From an uncultured Gammaproteobacteria bacterium (GTDB lineage Bacteria; Pseudomonadota; Gammaproteobacteria; Xanthomonadales; SZUA-36): a stretch of 64,000 nt of DNA. Location: the NCBI GenBank assembly GCA_963704855.1, contig CAVPHY010000017.1, forward strand, positions 123,292 through 187,291. Direction: 5' to 3'. The first letter of the stretch is position 1; each line of letters starts with the position of its first letter. The translations under genes were made by a program, and so were the position numbers. Positions 1 to 9,405 of the stretch are shown in pieces. The notes below the pieces were generated by a model. The model worked only from the letters and a program-made list of their open reading frames with translations. It made no database searches and was not told the DNA's origin.

Positions 1-1309
1 TCGTCAATTGACCGGCCGGGGCATCCTTGGTTACCGTGCTGCCTGCACCGATGTCAGCGCCTGCGCCAACGGTGACCGGTGCAACCAACTGTGTATCAGA
101 GCCAATAAAGGCATCATCACCAATTACGGTGCGATGTTTGTTGGCGCCGTCGTAGTTGCAGGTAATCGTGCCGGCGCCGATATTGACGCGTTCACCAATA
201 CTGCTGTCACCCAGGTAACTCAGGTGGCTGGCCTTGCTGTTTTTACCGAGCGTTGTGTTTTTAATCTCGACAAAATTGCCTACCTTGCTGCCTTCCATCA
301 GCTCCGTTCCGGGCCGTACCCGGGCAAATGGCCCGATTTCGCAGGCACCCAGGCTACGCATTCCTTCCAGCACCGAGTAAGCGTGAACCCGTGTTCCGGC
401 GGCCAGCTGGCAGTTCTTCAGCACACAACCCGGACCGATATGGACACCGTCACCAAGGTTGATTTCGCCCTCCAGCACGACATTGACATCGATATATACA
501 TCGCTGCCCGCATCCACCGTACCCCGTATATCGATACGCTGCGGATCGGCCAGCTGCACACCTGCATTCATCAGTTCCAGGGATTTTTTCATTTGATACC
601 GCCGCTCCAGTTCCGCCAGCTGAACCCGGTCATTCGCGCCCTCCAGGTCCAATGGAGCCGGTGCGACAACTGCACTGCTGTGTATGCCTTTTTCATATGC
701 GATGGAAAATACATCGGTCAGATAATACTCGCTTTGAGAGTTTTCGCTGGTCATATTTTCGAGACAGGACATCAGTACCGGCCACGGCGCCATGATGATA
801 CCGGTGTTGACCTCGGTAATGGCCCGTTGCGCCGGCGTGGCATCGCGCTCTTCAACGATGCCTTTAACACGTTCATGTTTGTCGCGAATGATGCGTCCGT
901 AACCGCGTGGTTCGGGGATATCCATCGTCAGTACTTTTACCCCTTCTGACGGGGATTCAACCAGGGTTTTCAATACACCGGCTTCAAGTAAGGGTATATC
1001 GCCATAAAGCACCAACACGTCGGCATCCTGTGGAATACCCGGCATGGCCTGCTGTACCGCGTGGCCCGTTCCCAGTTGTTCTGCCTGTGCCGCCCAGGTG
1101 ATGTCAAATGCGGCGCAGGCGTCCATCACCTCCGGCGCTCGCGGGTTGAAAACTACGTGAATACCCGCCGGCTGAAGTTGCAATGCGGTGTCCAATACGT
1201 GAATAATCATCGGCCGGCCGCCGACCGTTTGCAGTACTTTCGGCACCTTTGATTTCATGCGGGTGCCTGCACCGGCAGCAAGAATTATGATATGAAGGGG
1301 TTTGCGCAT
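1..1309 (-). CDS. glmU: Bifunctional GlcNAc-1-P uridyltransferase / GlcN-1-P acetyltransferase GlmU; the C-terminus runs off the window start
   Basis: Not in the ORF track because there is no stop in the window. Reverse-complement from the ATG at 1309-1307 reads MRKPLHIIILAAGAGTRMKSKVPKVLQTVGGRPMIIHVLD..QLGTGHAV, the LAAGxGTRM nucleotidyltransferase motif. This is followed by left-handed beta-helix hexapeptide repeats (..GANKHRTVIGDDAFIGSDTQLVAPVTVG..). Confidence 0.9.
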   Translation of the reverse strand, partial: MRKPLHIIILAAGAGTRMKSKVPKVLQTVGGRPMIIHVLDTALQLQPAGIHVVFNPRAPEVMDACAAFDITWAAQAEQLGTGHAVQQAMPGIPQDADVLVLYGDIPLLEAGVLKTLVESPSEGVKVLTMDIPEPRGYGRIIRDKHERVKGIVEERDATPAQRAITEVNTGIIMAPWPVLMSCLENMTSENSQSEYYLTDVFSIAYEKGIHSSAVVAPAPLDLEGANDRVQLAELERRYQMKKSLELMNAGVQLADPQRIDIRGTVDAGSDVYIDVNVVLEGEINLGDGVHIGPGCVLKNCQLAAGTRVHAYSVLEGMRSLGACEIGPFARVRPGTELMEGSKVGNFVEIKNTTLGKNSKASHLSYLGDSSIGERVNIGAGTITCNYDGANKHRTVIGDDAFIGSDTQLVAPVTVGAGADIGAGSTVTKDAPAGQLT

Positions 1310-1438
1310 AGTATTCAGTAGCTGGGATGATCGAAGATTATACCGGTAACACTATGCAAAGAAACAGTTGGAATTATGTTTAACCGGGGGCCTTGGGGTC
1401 TGGCCCGGTTACCTGAATCGAAACTTTAAGGATTATCA

Positions 1439-3409
1439 ATGCGTACACTGTTAACCGGTCTGTTATTGCTGCTGCTGTCGAGCACGGGCTCAACTGCACA
1501 AGTGCAGCGCTGGACGGCCAATGACGGTCAACTGGTGCTGGAGGGAATCCCGCAAATACCCGAATCCCTGCCGCCGATACTTAGCCGTTACCAGAATATA
1601 CGGTCCGCCAGTTTCACCAGCTGGTCAAAAGACAGCAAGAGCATTTTCATCAAGACCCGCTTAGGGCCCGTCGCCCAACTGCACCGGGTAGACGCGCCGG
1701 GTGGTGCCCGCTACCAGGTGACCTTCGGTGATGAACCGGTCGGCGAAGTACAGCTTAAGCCCGACAGCCACCTGCTGGCACTGACCCTGGACAAGGGAGG
1801 CGATGAGTTCGACCAGGTCTACCTGTTCAACCCCAGGGATGGCCTGAAGCGTTTGTTGTCGGACGGGGAAGCATTGAATAACCGCATGGCATGGGACCGG
1901 CAGGGCCAAAAGCTGGCGTATCGCTCCACGCGCAGGAACGGTCGCTCGAATGATATCTGGATACAGGATGCAGCATCTTCTGACGAGGCGACCCTGTTGC
2001 TCGCTACAGAAGATGGCACGCTATGGAAGCCCGTTGATTTCAGCCGTGATGGGAAAACAGTTCTGATCCAGCAATTTGTCAGCGTGGCCGATTCCAGGGT
2101 TTACATCAAGGATTTGCCCGATGGGGAACTGCAGTTGCTGGCAGGAGACCCGGAAAACCCGTCCAGTAATATCGCCACCGGTTTCAGCCGGAACGACGAC
2201 AGCGTCTTTTTTGTAACCAACCAGCATGGAGGCGCAGCCGAGCTTGCACAAGCCAGGCTGAGTGAACCGCCCGTCATGACTTTTGTTCCCAGCACCTCCA
2301 ACTGGGATATCACCCAGTTTGTTTTAAGCCCCGATCGTAGGCGCGGTGCTTTTGTTGCCAACGAGAGTGGCATCAGCCGTCTTTACCTGTTTGACCCTGA
2401 ACGGCTGAATTACCGGCGTGTCGAGAAAGTACCACTGGGCCTGGTAACCGATTTGAGCTTCAGCCCCGATAGCAGGAAACTGGGGATGACCCTCAATTCG
2501 GCGCGTAACCCGAACGAGGCTTTTGTACTTGAGCTTGCCCGCAAACCGCTGTCGGCGGGCAAATTGACCCGCTGGACCTATAGCGAGGTTGGCGGCTTGA
2601 ATACGTCAGAGTTCTCAGAGCCTATTGCGTTTTCATTTCTTTCGCCTGTTGAAGGCCTGGAGAAGCCACTGCCCATTCCCGCCTTTGCCTATCTGCCACC
2701 TGGCGAGGGCCCGTTCCCGGTTATCATTCACGTCCATGGCGGCCCGGAAAACCAGTTTCGGCCACGCTTTAACAGCGACTTCCAGATGTGGATAGACCAG
2801 TTGGGTGCTGCTGTCATCGCCCCGAATATTCGCGGCTCACTGGGTTATGGTTCCTATTACATCACGATGGACGATGGTTATAACCGCGAGGCCTCGGTGA
2901 AAGATATCGGCGCCCTGCTCGATTGGATAGCGCAGCAACCGCAACTGGACCAGGACCGCGTGGCGATCATGGGGGCCAGTTATGGCGGTTATGTTGCTCT
3001 GGCCGCGGCCGTCCATTACAGCGACCGTTTACGGGCGGCGGTAGACCGCGTGGGCATCAGCAACTTTGTCACCTTCCTGGAAAACACGCAGGACTACCGG
3101 CGTGAATTGCGCCGCGTGGAGTACGGCGACGAGCGCGACCCTGAAATGCGCGCATTCCTGGAACGCATCAGCCCTCTGAACAATGTCGACAAGATAAAAA
3201 TTCCGCTTTTTGTCCAACAGGGCAGCAATGACCCGATCGTGCCGAAATCGGAGTCGGATCAAATGGTTGCAGCCCTGCGTGAGCAAGGCCAGACGGTGTG
3301 GTACATGAATGCCCTGAACGAGGGCCATGGCTATGCGAAGAGGGAAAACCGTGACCTGTTTGAACAGGCCACGTTTCTGTTTCTGCAGAGATACCTGCTG
3401 GGTGATTAA
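1439..3409 (+). CDS. S9 family serine peptidase (prolyl oligopeptidase / acylaminoacyl-peptidase type) with an N-terminal beta-propeller; secreted
   Basis: Signal peptide MRTLLTGLLLLLLSSTGSTAQ. GxSxGG nucleophile elbow (IMGASYGGYVA). Downstream acid and His motifs (QGSNDPIV, NEGHGY). 656 aa is typical of the family. Confidence 0.85.
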   Translation: MRTLLTGLLLLLLSSTGSTAQVQRWTANDGQLVLEGIPQIPESLPPILSRYQNIRSASFTSWSKDSKSIFIKTRLGPVAQLHRVDAPGGARYQVTFGDEPVGEVQLKPDSHLLALTLDKGGDEFDQVYLFNPRDGLKRLLSDGEALNNRMAWDRQGQKLAYRSTRRNGRSNDIWIQDAASSDEATLLLATEDGTLWKPVDFSRDGKTVLIQQFVSVADSRVYIKDLPDGELQLLAGDPENPSSNIATGFSRNDDSVFFVTNQHGGAAELAQARLSEPPVMTFVPSTSNWDITQFVLSPDRRRGAFVANESGISRLYLFDPERLNYRRVEKVPLGLVTDLSFSPDSRKLGMTLNSARNPNEAFVLELARKPLSAGKLTRWTYSEVGGLNTSEFSEPIAFSFLSPVEGLEKPLPIPAFAYLPPGEGPFPVIIHVHGGPENQFRPRFNSDFQMWIDQLGAAVIAPNIRGSLGYGSYYITMDDGYNREASVKDIGALLDWIAQQPQLDQDRVAIMGASYGGYVALAAAVHYSDRLRAAVDRVGISNFVTFLENTQDYRRELRRVEYGDERDPEMRAFLERISPLNNVDKIKIPLFVQQGSNDPIVPKSESDQMVAALREQGQTVWYMNALNEGHGYAKRENRDLFEQATFLFLQRYLLGD

Positions 3410-3424
3410 ACCCGCTATACCATA

Positions 3425-3442
3425 CCCCGCTATTGAGCGGGG
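3425..3442. terminator. Short GC hairpin between convergent genes (candidate bidirectional terminator)
   Basis: ccccgc-tattga-gcgggg, followed by ttggttct. It lies between the stop of the S9 peptidase (3409) and the stop of the minus-strand gene (3453). Confidence 0.5.
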
Positions 3443-3452
3443 TTGGTTCTGA

Positions 3453-3833
3453 CTATTTGGCTAAGCCGGCCTTGTATGCACGCAAGGCTTCATTGAACAT
3501 TTCGGCAACACGCTCTTCCATGCCCACAGAATAATCATGTGCATTTGATATCGCCATCAGGTTGCCCTGGGTCAGTTCTCCGCTTTCGGCATCCTTATTG
3601 ATGCAGGTGCGATAGGCCTCCATATCCGCCTGGAACTGCTTGACGTTTTTTTGCGCCTCTATCAGTTGTTCCTTTTCCGCGGGTTCCGGAATCGGTGGTG
3701 GTGCGGAAGGCAGGTTGCATGCCTGGGCTTCCAGCGGCAATACGACCTTGCTGCCGTCCTGCATTACGTCCTGTGCCAATGCTGCCATTGACGTCATCAA
3801 AATCAGCCCTGCAAATATTACTTTTTTCATCAT
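3453..3833 (-). CDS. Small secreted/periplasmic hypothetical protein
   Basis: The ORF-track start at 3848 is a TTG. ATG ATG at 3833/3830 is preceded by aggtga. Signal peptide MKKVIFAGLILMTSMAALAQ. Two Cys residues and a Pro-rich linker. No recognisable family. Confidence 0.6.
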   Translation of the reverse strand: MMKKVIFAGLILMTSMAALAQDVMQDGSKVVLPLEAQACNLPSAPPPIPEPAEKEQLIEAQKNVKQFQADMEAYRTCINKDAESGELTQGNLMAISNAHDYSVGMEERVAEMFNEALRAYKAGLAK

Positions 3834-4064
3834 GTCACCTGTTTTCAATCGTGTTGTATATGGAGTGGCCGTGCACTAGCGTCTTATCCGCCACCAGGTT
3901 TATTCACCTTCCCAATATTCAGCCATTCCTGCCTGATTGCGTATGATATAGCGCATCACTATTGGTTTTCCATCACCTTGGTCAGATTGGGCGGAAAATT
4001 CTGCCAATCCACCCGCCCTGCCCGGAACAGGGTGCTAAGCGATCTCTTTATTCACATTGAAGTT

Positions 4065-4709
4065 TCAGTTAATGGCCTGACCCATACAGTCAAATGCCCG
4101 GTAAGCCACATCCGAAGCCGGGCTTGCAGGGTAATCTTCGGCGAAAAGGCTCCACACCATCAGGTCACGGGATTGGCCTTCTGTATCCAGCGCACGTTTC
4201 TTCAGGGTGGCCTCGTGGGTGAAGCCCAGCCTGGCGGGTATGGATGCGCTGGCCCGGTTTTCCGGGGCGCACATGATCTCAACCCGTTTTACCTTTTCAA
4301 TTTCGAACGCCACACGGATCAGGGCAGCGGTGGTTTCCGTCGCGAAACCATTGCCAATGGCATCCTTATGAGTCCAGTAGCCGATTTCAAGACCACCGGG
4401 ACCCACACGTGCCAGCAACATATTTTCGCCAAGCAGGTTTTGCTCATCGGCATCAAAAACCGCATAGCGGTACATCTGCCCCAGATCGAAGGCAGCGCGG
4501 TGACCCCTCAGCCACTGGGCTGTTTGCTGCAGGTTGCGTGGTTCATCTTTCATGAACGGGATCATCGGCCGCAGGTGTGCATCACAGGCATCCAGCGCTG
4601 CCCTTAAAACCGGCGCATCGGCGGGCGACCAGCACCTGAGCACCAGGCGGTCTGTTTCCACGCGATAGGCCGTACGTACTTCGGGTTCATTGCCTGCCAT
4701 CAGAGCCAT
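4065..4709 (-). CDS. GNAT family N-acetyltransferase (RimJ/RimL-like)
   Basis: RLVLRCWSPADAP..EIGYWTHKDAIGNGFATE..ARLGFTHEATLKKR is typical of Acetyltransf_3-type GNATs. An alternative start at 4700 overlaps the upstream stop (TGATG coupling). Confidence 0.8.
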   Translation of the reverse strand: MALMAGNEPEVRTAYRVETDRLVLRCWSPADAPVLRAALDACDAHLRPMIPFMKDEPRNLQQTAQWLRGHRAAFDLGQMYRYAVFDADEQNLLGENMLLARVGPGGLEIGYWTHKDAIGNGFATETTAALIRVAFEIEKVKRVEIMCAPENRASASIPARLGFTHEATLKKRALDTEGQSRDLMVWSLFAEDYPASPASDVAYRAFDCMGQAIN

Positions 4710-5152
4710 CGCCTCACGGTTGATTTGTAGTCCAGGTATTGCTGGCCAAAGCTTGCTTCCAGGAAGCGTTCTTCACCCAGCACAAAATTGTTGTGTATGA
4801 TCAGTATAAAAAACACCACCGGTAACAATGCACCGATACTCCCCGTAAGAAAAGCTACACCGGACAGCATCACGAACATACCCAGGTACATCGGGTTTCG
4901 TGAGTAGCGGTAAAACCCGGTTTTGACCAGGGTGGTCGCTGCGTCGAAAGGTATGAGTCCGGTTCCCACACGTTTAAACGAGCCCGCTGATACTGCTGCG
5001 ATTGTTATACCAAGCAATACTATGATGACACCCGCATAAGCCAGCGGTACCCGGATGTACTGATAGACTGGAACGAAATAGTGCATCAGGAACATCAACA
5101 ACAGGGTCACCAGCAAATACACCGCCGGAAGAATTTTGCGCTTTTTCTCCAT
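4700..5152 (-). CDS. Isoprenylcysteine carboxyl / phospholipid methyltransferase family membrane protein
   Basis: Four predicted TM segments and the motif YRYSRNPMYLGMFVMLSG, characteristic of the ICMT/PEMT family. Confidence 0.75.
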   Translation of the reverse strand: MEKKRKILPAVYLLVTLLLMFLMHYFVPVYQYIRVPLAYAGVIIVLLGITIAAVSAGSFKRVGTGLIPFDAATTLVKTGFYRYSRNPMYLGMFVMLSGVAFLTGSIGALLPVVFFILIIHNNFVLGEERFLEASFGQQYLDYKSTVRRWL

Positions 5153-5171
5153 CGGAACTATGGGCGATTCC

Positions 5172-5609
5172 TCAACTCGTCCAGCGGTTTGTCTTGGCCT
5201 TGGCAGCCAACATCACCAGGTAGATCGAGATAATAATCACCAACACCGGCATCACCATACCGCCTGGCCCGAAAACCTCGAAGGAGTTGCTCATGAAGAA
5301 AGCATGGAACATCTGTACCAGCACGCCGGCCAGTGACAACTGCAAAAACAGTCCGGCAAGACTTCTTCTCAACAGCAACAGGACACAGCCAAGAGCACCG
5401 AAATTAACCGCTACCGCGAAGGCCGCCGTTGCCCAGGCGGGTGTGGTTTCGTAAAGCTGGCGTTGATCATCCGGCAGTGCCGCAATCGTTTCCGGGCTCA
5501 TCATGACCTGCATGACATAGGCCATCACACCCAACAGGTTCCAAACCAGCAATACCCCTGAAACGATCATGAACCATTTGGGGGCATTATTTTTTGATAC
5601 TTCAGACAT
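5172..5609 (-). CDS. Hypothetical integral membrane protein (4 TM)
   Basis: 145 aa and strongly hydrophobic. Co-directional with its neighbours. No family recognised. Confidence 0.55.
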   Translation of the reverse strand: MSEVSKNNAPKWFMIVSGVLLVWNLLGVMAYVMQVMMSPETIAALPDDQRQLYETTPAWATAAFAVAVNFGALGCVLLLLRRSLAGLFLQLSLAGVLVQMFHAFFMSNSFEVFGPGGMVMPVLVIIISIYLVMLAAKAKTNRWTS

Positions 5610-5809
5610 GCTTTCCTCCGGGGATGGTTGATACTAATACTGAGTATAGACGCTAAAAAACCACAAGCCACCCCATGACCGACTTGCTCAGGGCGACCGA
5701 ACCCATATACACAAAGATGATGAGACCGGCGAATGATAATGCGGCACATGCAACATGGATGGTTTTCAGGGTTTCCATAATCTACAGGCTATGTCCGTGG
5801 GCGCTGGGC

Positions 5810-6097
5810 TTATCGTTTTCTGATTATTTCACAGATTTCAATACTGACAGAACGGTACCACTTGTCCCGGCCCTTGCGCTGTGCAAGCCGGTGCTCCGGG
5901 TCATTTTTCCACTCGCGTATCTGCTGTTCGGTTTGCCAGTACGAAATTGCAATTTCCTCGTCACCCTCGGTAACAGCAACGAAATCCAGGCAACCATACT
6001 TTTCAAAGGCCAGTTCCCTCAGCCGTTGGGCCATTTGCTGATACTCATCATCCAAGCCGGCCACACTTGCCCTGAATATGACTGCGTACATATCCAA
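5810..6097 (-). CDS. Antibiotic-biosynthesis-monooxygenase (ABM) domain protein
   Basis: ~95 aa ferredoxin-like fold pattern: YAVIFRA..GCLDFVAV..EIAISYWQTEQQIREWKNDPEH. Confidence 0.7.
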   Translation of the reverse strand: MDMYAVIFRASVAGLDDEYQQMAQRLRELAFEKYGCLDFVAVTEGDEEIAISYWQTEQQIREWKNDPEHRLAQRKGRDKWYRSVSIEICEIIRKR

Positions 6098-6100
6098 TCC

Positions 6101-6853
6101 TCAGGTGGCGGCTGCTGTGGGTACTTCAAACCAGGTCGCATAACCCACGGCGCAGCAGGAACCCGACTCACCAAACAGCGCCGTGCCGGTGTAATGCTTG
6201 CGGCCCTGGTGGCTGATCTCCCAGCCGATCAGGACGCACTTCTCACCGGCCGATACGTGCGCCTTGATGGAAACGGCAAGCTCACCCAGCAGGATTGCGC
6301 CGTTTTTCGGTTCCGGGAATGCGTAGGCGCCCGGGCAATCAAGGGCGGCCCAGATGTACTCGGGCGCTACAAAGCCCGATTCATCAATGAGTGTTTCATC
6401 GGGTATCCAGGTGGCCGCCACCATACCTTCGGGGCCTGAACCCGGCTCAAGCGGTCCGGCAAATATCCTCAGCCCGTCACCGGGCTCGCGCTGCGGGCCA
6501 CAGACAAAACATCCCGGGTAAAAGTGTGCAACAAAGCCACGATAGCGGGCGGATGCCGCCTGTGCCCGGGCAAAGCCGGGTGGCTCTGGAATATCAAGGT
6601 CCAGCGTTGCAGGCCGGCCGGACGCGACCAGTTCATCGCCCGTTTCACTCCTGTGATAAAGCTCAACCTGGCCATCTCTCCGACGCACCTCCAGGGGTGT
6701 ATCGAGCGGCGGAGGAATGCGCAGGCGTACAGCCGCCGGGCCATCGATGAAGCGACCGACCATCGCGCACGAATAACCACCGTTACCCGACGCCGGTGGC
6801 CCATGGAAACGCTTGTCAATGATGACCGGGTGAATCATTCCGGAAGAACGCAC
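6101..6853 (-). CDS. Hotdog-fold (PaaI-type thioesterase-like) protein
   Basis: KRFHGPPASGNGGY..CFVCGP..ALDCPG pattern, as in hotdog family proteins. Likely start is MIHPV at 6838. Lies 38-53 nt downstream of Anbu on the same strand. Confidence 0.55.
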   Translation of the reverse strand: MRSSGMIHPVIIDKRFHGPPASGNGGYSCAMVGRFIDGPAAVRLRIPPPLDTPLEVRRRDGQVELYHRSETGDELVASGRPATLDLDIPEPPGFARAQAASARYRGFVAHFYPGCFVCGPQREPGDGLRIFAGPLEPGSGPEGMVAATWIPDETLIDESGFVAPEYIWAALDCPGAYAFPEPKNGAILLGELAVSIKAHVSAGEKCVLIGWEISHQGRKHYTGTALFGESGSCCAVGYATWFEVPTAAAT

Positions 6854-6891
6854 TGATGTTTACCCCTGTCCAGGCTGCTGATCGCTTTGGG

Positions 6892-7623
6892 TCAGAACGA
6901 AAAATCCGGTAGCGAACCCAATGCGGCCCGCATCGCTTCGCTCCAGCCTTTTGAAATATCCTGGAAATAGGGATCGCTGCGCTCAAAACGGCGCTCATGG
7001 CTAACCCTGTATTCATCGACCGCATGCACTTGCAGGTCGATGGGCAAATCCACGCTTAAATTTGCGCGGATAGTGGAATCGAACGACACGCACAGCAATT
7101 TGACCGCTTCTTCAAAACTCATGTCCGGGTGCAGCGCGCGCACCAGTATCGGCCGGCCATATTTGGTCTCACCGGTCTGGAAAAAAGAATTGTCAGGGCT
7201 GGACTCGATAAAGTTACCCTCGGGGTACACCAGGAACAGACGTGGCGCGCTGCCCTTGATCTGGCCACCAAGAATAAGCGTAGCGCTGAACAGGGACTCC
7301 GATACAGGCCCGGATGGCTGGTAATTTTTAACAACGTCGCGCAAGGTTTCGCCAAAAATCGAAGCAACCTGGAACATCGAAGGAGCCTTGAGGATCGATG
7401 GATTGCGCTCTTCCGGGGCCTTGGTGCGTTCATCGACGAGGCTTACAACGGCTTGTGTCGTGGCAAGGTTACCGGCGGATAGCAAGGTAATAACACGTTC
7501 GCCGGGAACAACCCAGCTATTCATTTTCCGGGCCTGGGAAATATCATCAACACCGGCATTGGTGCGTGTATCGGACATGAAAACCAGTCCCTTGTTGAGC
7601 TGAAGCCCTACGCAATATGTCAT
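6892..7623 (-). CDS. Anbu (ancestral beta subunit) proteasome-type peptidase
   Basis: N-terminus MTYCVGLQLNKGLVFMSDTRTNAG, with Thr2 as the Ntn nucleophile. 243 aa. Last gene of the canonical ATP-grasp/alpha-E/transglutaminase/Anbu operon. Confidence 0.85.
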   Translation of the reverse strand: MTYCVGLQLNKGLVFMSDTRTNAGVDDISQARKMNSWVVPGERVITLLSAGNLATTQAVVSLVDERTKAPEERNPSILKAPSMFQVASIFGETLRDVVKNYQPSGPVSESLFSATLILGGQIKGSAPRLFLVYPEGNFIESSPDNSFFQTGETKYGRPILVRALHPDMSFEEAVKLLCVSFDSTIRANLSVDLPIDLQVHAVDEYRVSHERRFERSDPYFQDISKGWSEAMRAALGSLPDFSF

Positions 7624-7657
7624 GCAAAACCCGTCCTGTCGCTATCGGCAGCACAGC

Positions 7658-8458
7658 TTATTGCTGCACCTGTAGTTGAACAATCATGCTTTCCCGGGTC
7701 GGTCCATAGCGCATACCCGACACCGGAGAGGCATCATTATAATCGAGACCGGTGGCTACGCGGATATAGCGTTCATCGGGGGAATACCCGTTCGACACGT
7801 CAAAACCGACCCAACCGATGCTCTCAAACCAGGCCTCAGCCCAGGCATGTGTTGCATCTTGCTCGGCCCGGTCGTTCATCATCAGGTAGCCGGAGACATA
7901 ACGCGCCGGGTGACCGAGCAGGCGCATCACGGTGATGAAGATATGGGCATGATCCTGACAGACCCCGGCGCCATGACCAACCGCCTGCTCAGCACCGGTA
8001 TCCGCATCGGTCTTGCCAATCGCATACGGTACATGCCTGATGATCAGCCTGGAAAGGGCGTGCGCACGCGCGATGTCATTTTCAAACTCGCTACCCAGTT
8101 CTTTCAGAAGTGTTCGGATTTTCGGCCCCGGGGTTGTCAGCAAAGTGGGGCGCTGGAATATCCAAAGTGGCAAAAAACCGCGATGTGGTCCGATGACGCC
8201 GGACATGTCCGAGGTTTCAACTTCACCCCTGACATGGATATCAACCCGCTCTCCACCCCGGTCAATACTGATCAGCTCGACATGATTGGTGTGTTGATCG
8301 GTGAAGTGCAATTCCCTGGACCCACCCTCAATCGCAATTTCCCAATGCAGGATTTTCTGACCTTCCCGTTGCTTGGGTGTCAACCGCACCTGCTGCAGTC
8401 CGTATTCGACGGGGGCATCATAGAGATAGCTCGTGCTGTGGTTGACTTTTAGACGCAT
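7658..8458 (-). CDS. Transglutaminase-like cysteine protease family protein
   Basis: Motifs GAGVCQDHAHIF (Cys nucleophile), ..HAWAE.. and ..GFDVSNG (His/Asp). I moved the start to MRLKVNHSTSY (ATG 8458), which removes an 89-nt overlap with the alpha-E gene. Confidence 0.85.
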   Translation of the reverse strand: MRLKVNHSTSYLYDAPVEYGLQQVRLTPKQREGQKILHWEIAIEGGSRELHFTDQHTNHVELISIDRGGERVDIHVRGEVETSDMSGVIGPHRGFLPLWIFQRPTLLTTPGPKIRTLLKELGSEFENDIARAHALSRLIIRHVPYAIGKTDADTGAEQAVGHGAGVCQDHAHIFITVMRLLGHPARYVSGYLMMNDRAEQDATHAWAEAWFESIGWVGFDVSNGYSPDERYIRVATGLDYNDASPVSGMRYGPTRESMIVQLQVQQ

Positions 8459-8465
8459 CGTTTTC

Positions 8466-9401
8466 CTAAAACCTGTAATCGTGTTGGATCTGCGAAGCGA
8501 GCGCGCTGTTATCGATGAGAAAACCCCCGACGAATTCATGCAGACCCTGTTCAAAAATGCTGTCGATGTTACTGTCCTTCAGCTTCTGGTAATGTGCCTT
8601 AACCATCCGGCATGATTGGTTTTCGACACCATACTCCAGTTCGAGATGGGCCAGGTTGTTCCTGATTTTCTGCAAGCAAAACGCCAGCGATCGCGGCATT
8701 TGCGGGTGCAGGATCAGGAACTCCGCGACATTCATCGGGTTGATGTCCGTGCCATACAGCCAACGGTAGGCCCGCCGCGCCGACACCGAGCGCAGGATCG
8801 TCTCCCATTGCACCTGGTCCAGGGAAGAGCCGATCTGCGCGAACGACGGCAACAGCAAATAGTACTTCACATCCAGTATCCGCGAGGTGTTGTCCGCCCG
8901 TTCCAGGAACATGCCCAGCCGTGCGAAATTATACCCATCGTTACGCAACATCGTGCCTGCCATGGCGCCACGCACCACGGCCATTTGCTGGCGGATAACA
9001 CCCAGCGCATCGGGCAAATCCCGCTGCCTGACCTGTTTTGCCAGCAGGGCCTCCAGGGTTATCCACGCCTCGTTGGTTGCCTCCCAGACCTCCCGGGTCA
9101 GAGCAGTACGCACCAATCGGGCGTTATCCCGCGCTGCTTTCATATTACTGATCACGCTGGCCGGATTGCCCTTGTCACGCAGCAGGAAGCTGATCACCGT
9201 GTCTGAGTCATAATCGTCATGCCCCGCGTCATAATCGGCAAGCGCACCCGAGGTTGCCAGGATCGATTTCCATTCGGCCGAGGCTGTTGCCGAGCGTGTC
9301 AGGGCAATGCGAAAGCCGGCCTCCAGGAGCCGCGCACCATTTTCCCCGCGTTCAAGATAGCGGAACATCCAGAACAGGCCGGCTGCTGTTTTTCCTAGCA
9401 T
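8466..9401 (-). CDS. Alpha-E domain protein
   Basis: LFWMFRYLERGENGARLLEA is the typical N-terminus of alpha-E domain proteins. The operon position matches. Confidence 0.8.
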   Translation of the reverse strand: MLGKTAAGLFWMFRYLERGENGARLLEAGFRIALTRSATASAEWKSILATSGALADYDAGHDDYDSDTVISFLLRDKGNPASVISNMKAARDNARLVRTALTREVWEATNEAWITLEALLAKQVRQRDLPDALGVIRQQMAVVRGAMAGTMLRNDGYNFARLGMFLERADNTSRILDVKYYLLLPSFAQIGSSLDQVQWETILRSVSARRAYRWLYGTDINPMNVAEFLILHPQMPRSLAFCLQKIRNNLAHLELEYGVENQSCRMVKAHYQKLKDSNIDSIFEQGLHEFVGGFLIDNSALASQIQHDYRF

Positions 9402-9405
9402 CGCA

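Noticed and set aside
8-949. 313-aa plus-strand ORF at the window start
   Set aside because: It is antisense to the clear GlmU coding frame. The long open frame is a by-product of the repetitive hexapeptide (beta-helix) codons. The translated sequence has no recognisable features.
7676-9206. Long plus-strand ORFs (258 aa and 196 aa) opposite the transglutaminase and alpha-E genes
   Set aside because: They are antisense shadows of well-supported minus-strand genes. They are Arg/His/Pro-rich with no motifs.
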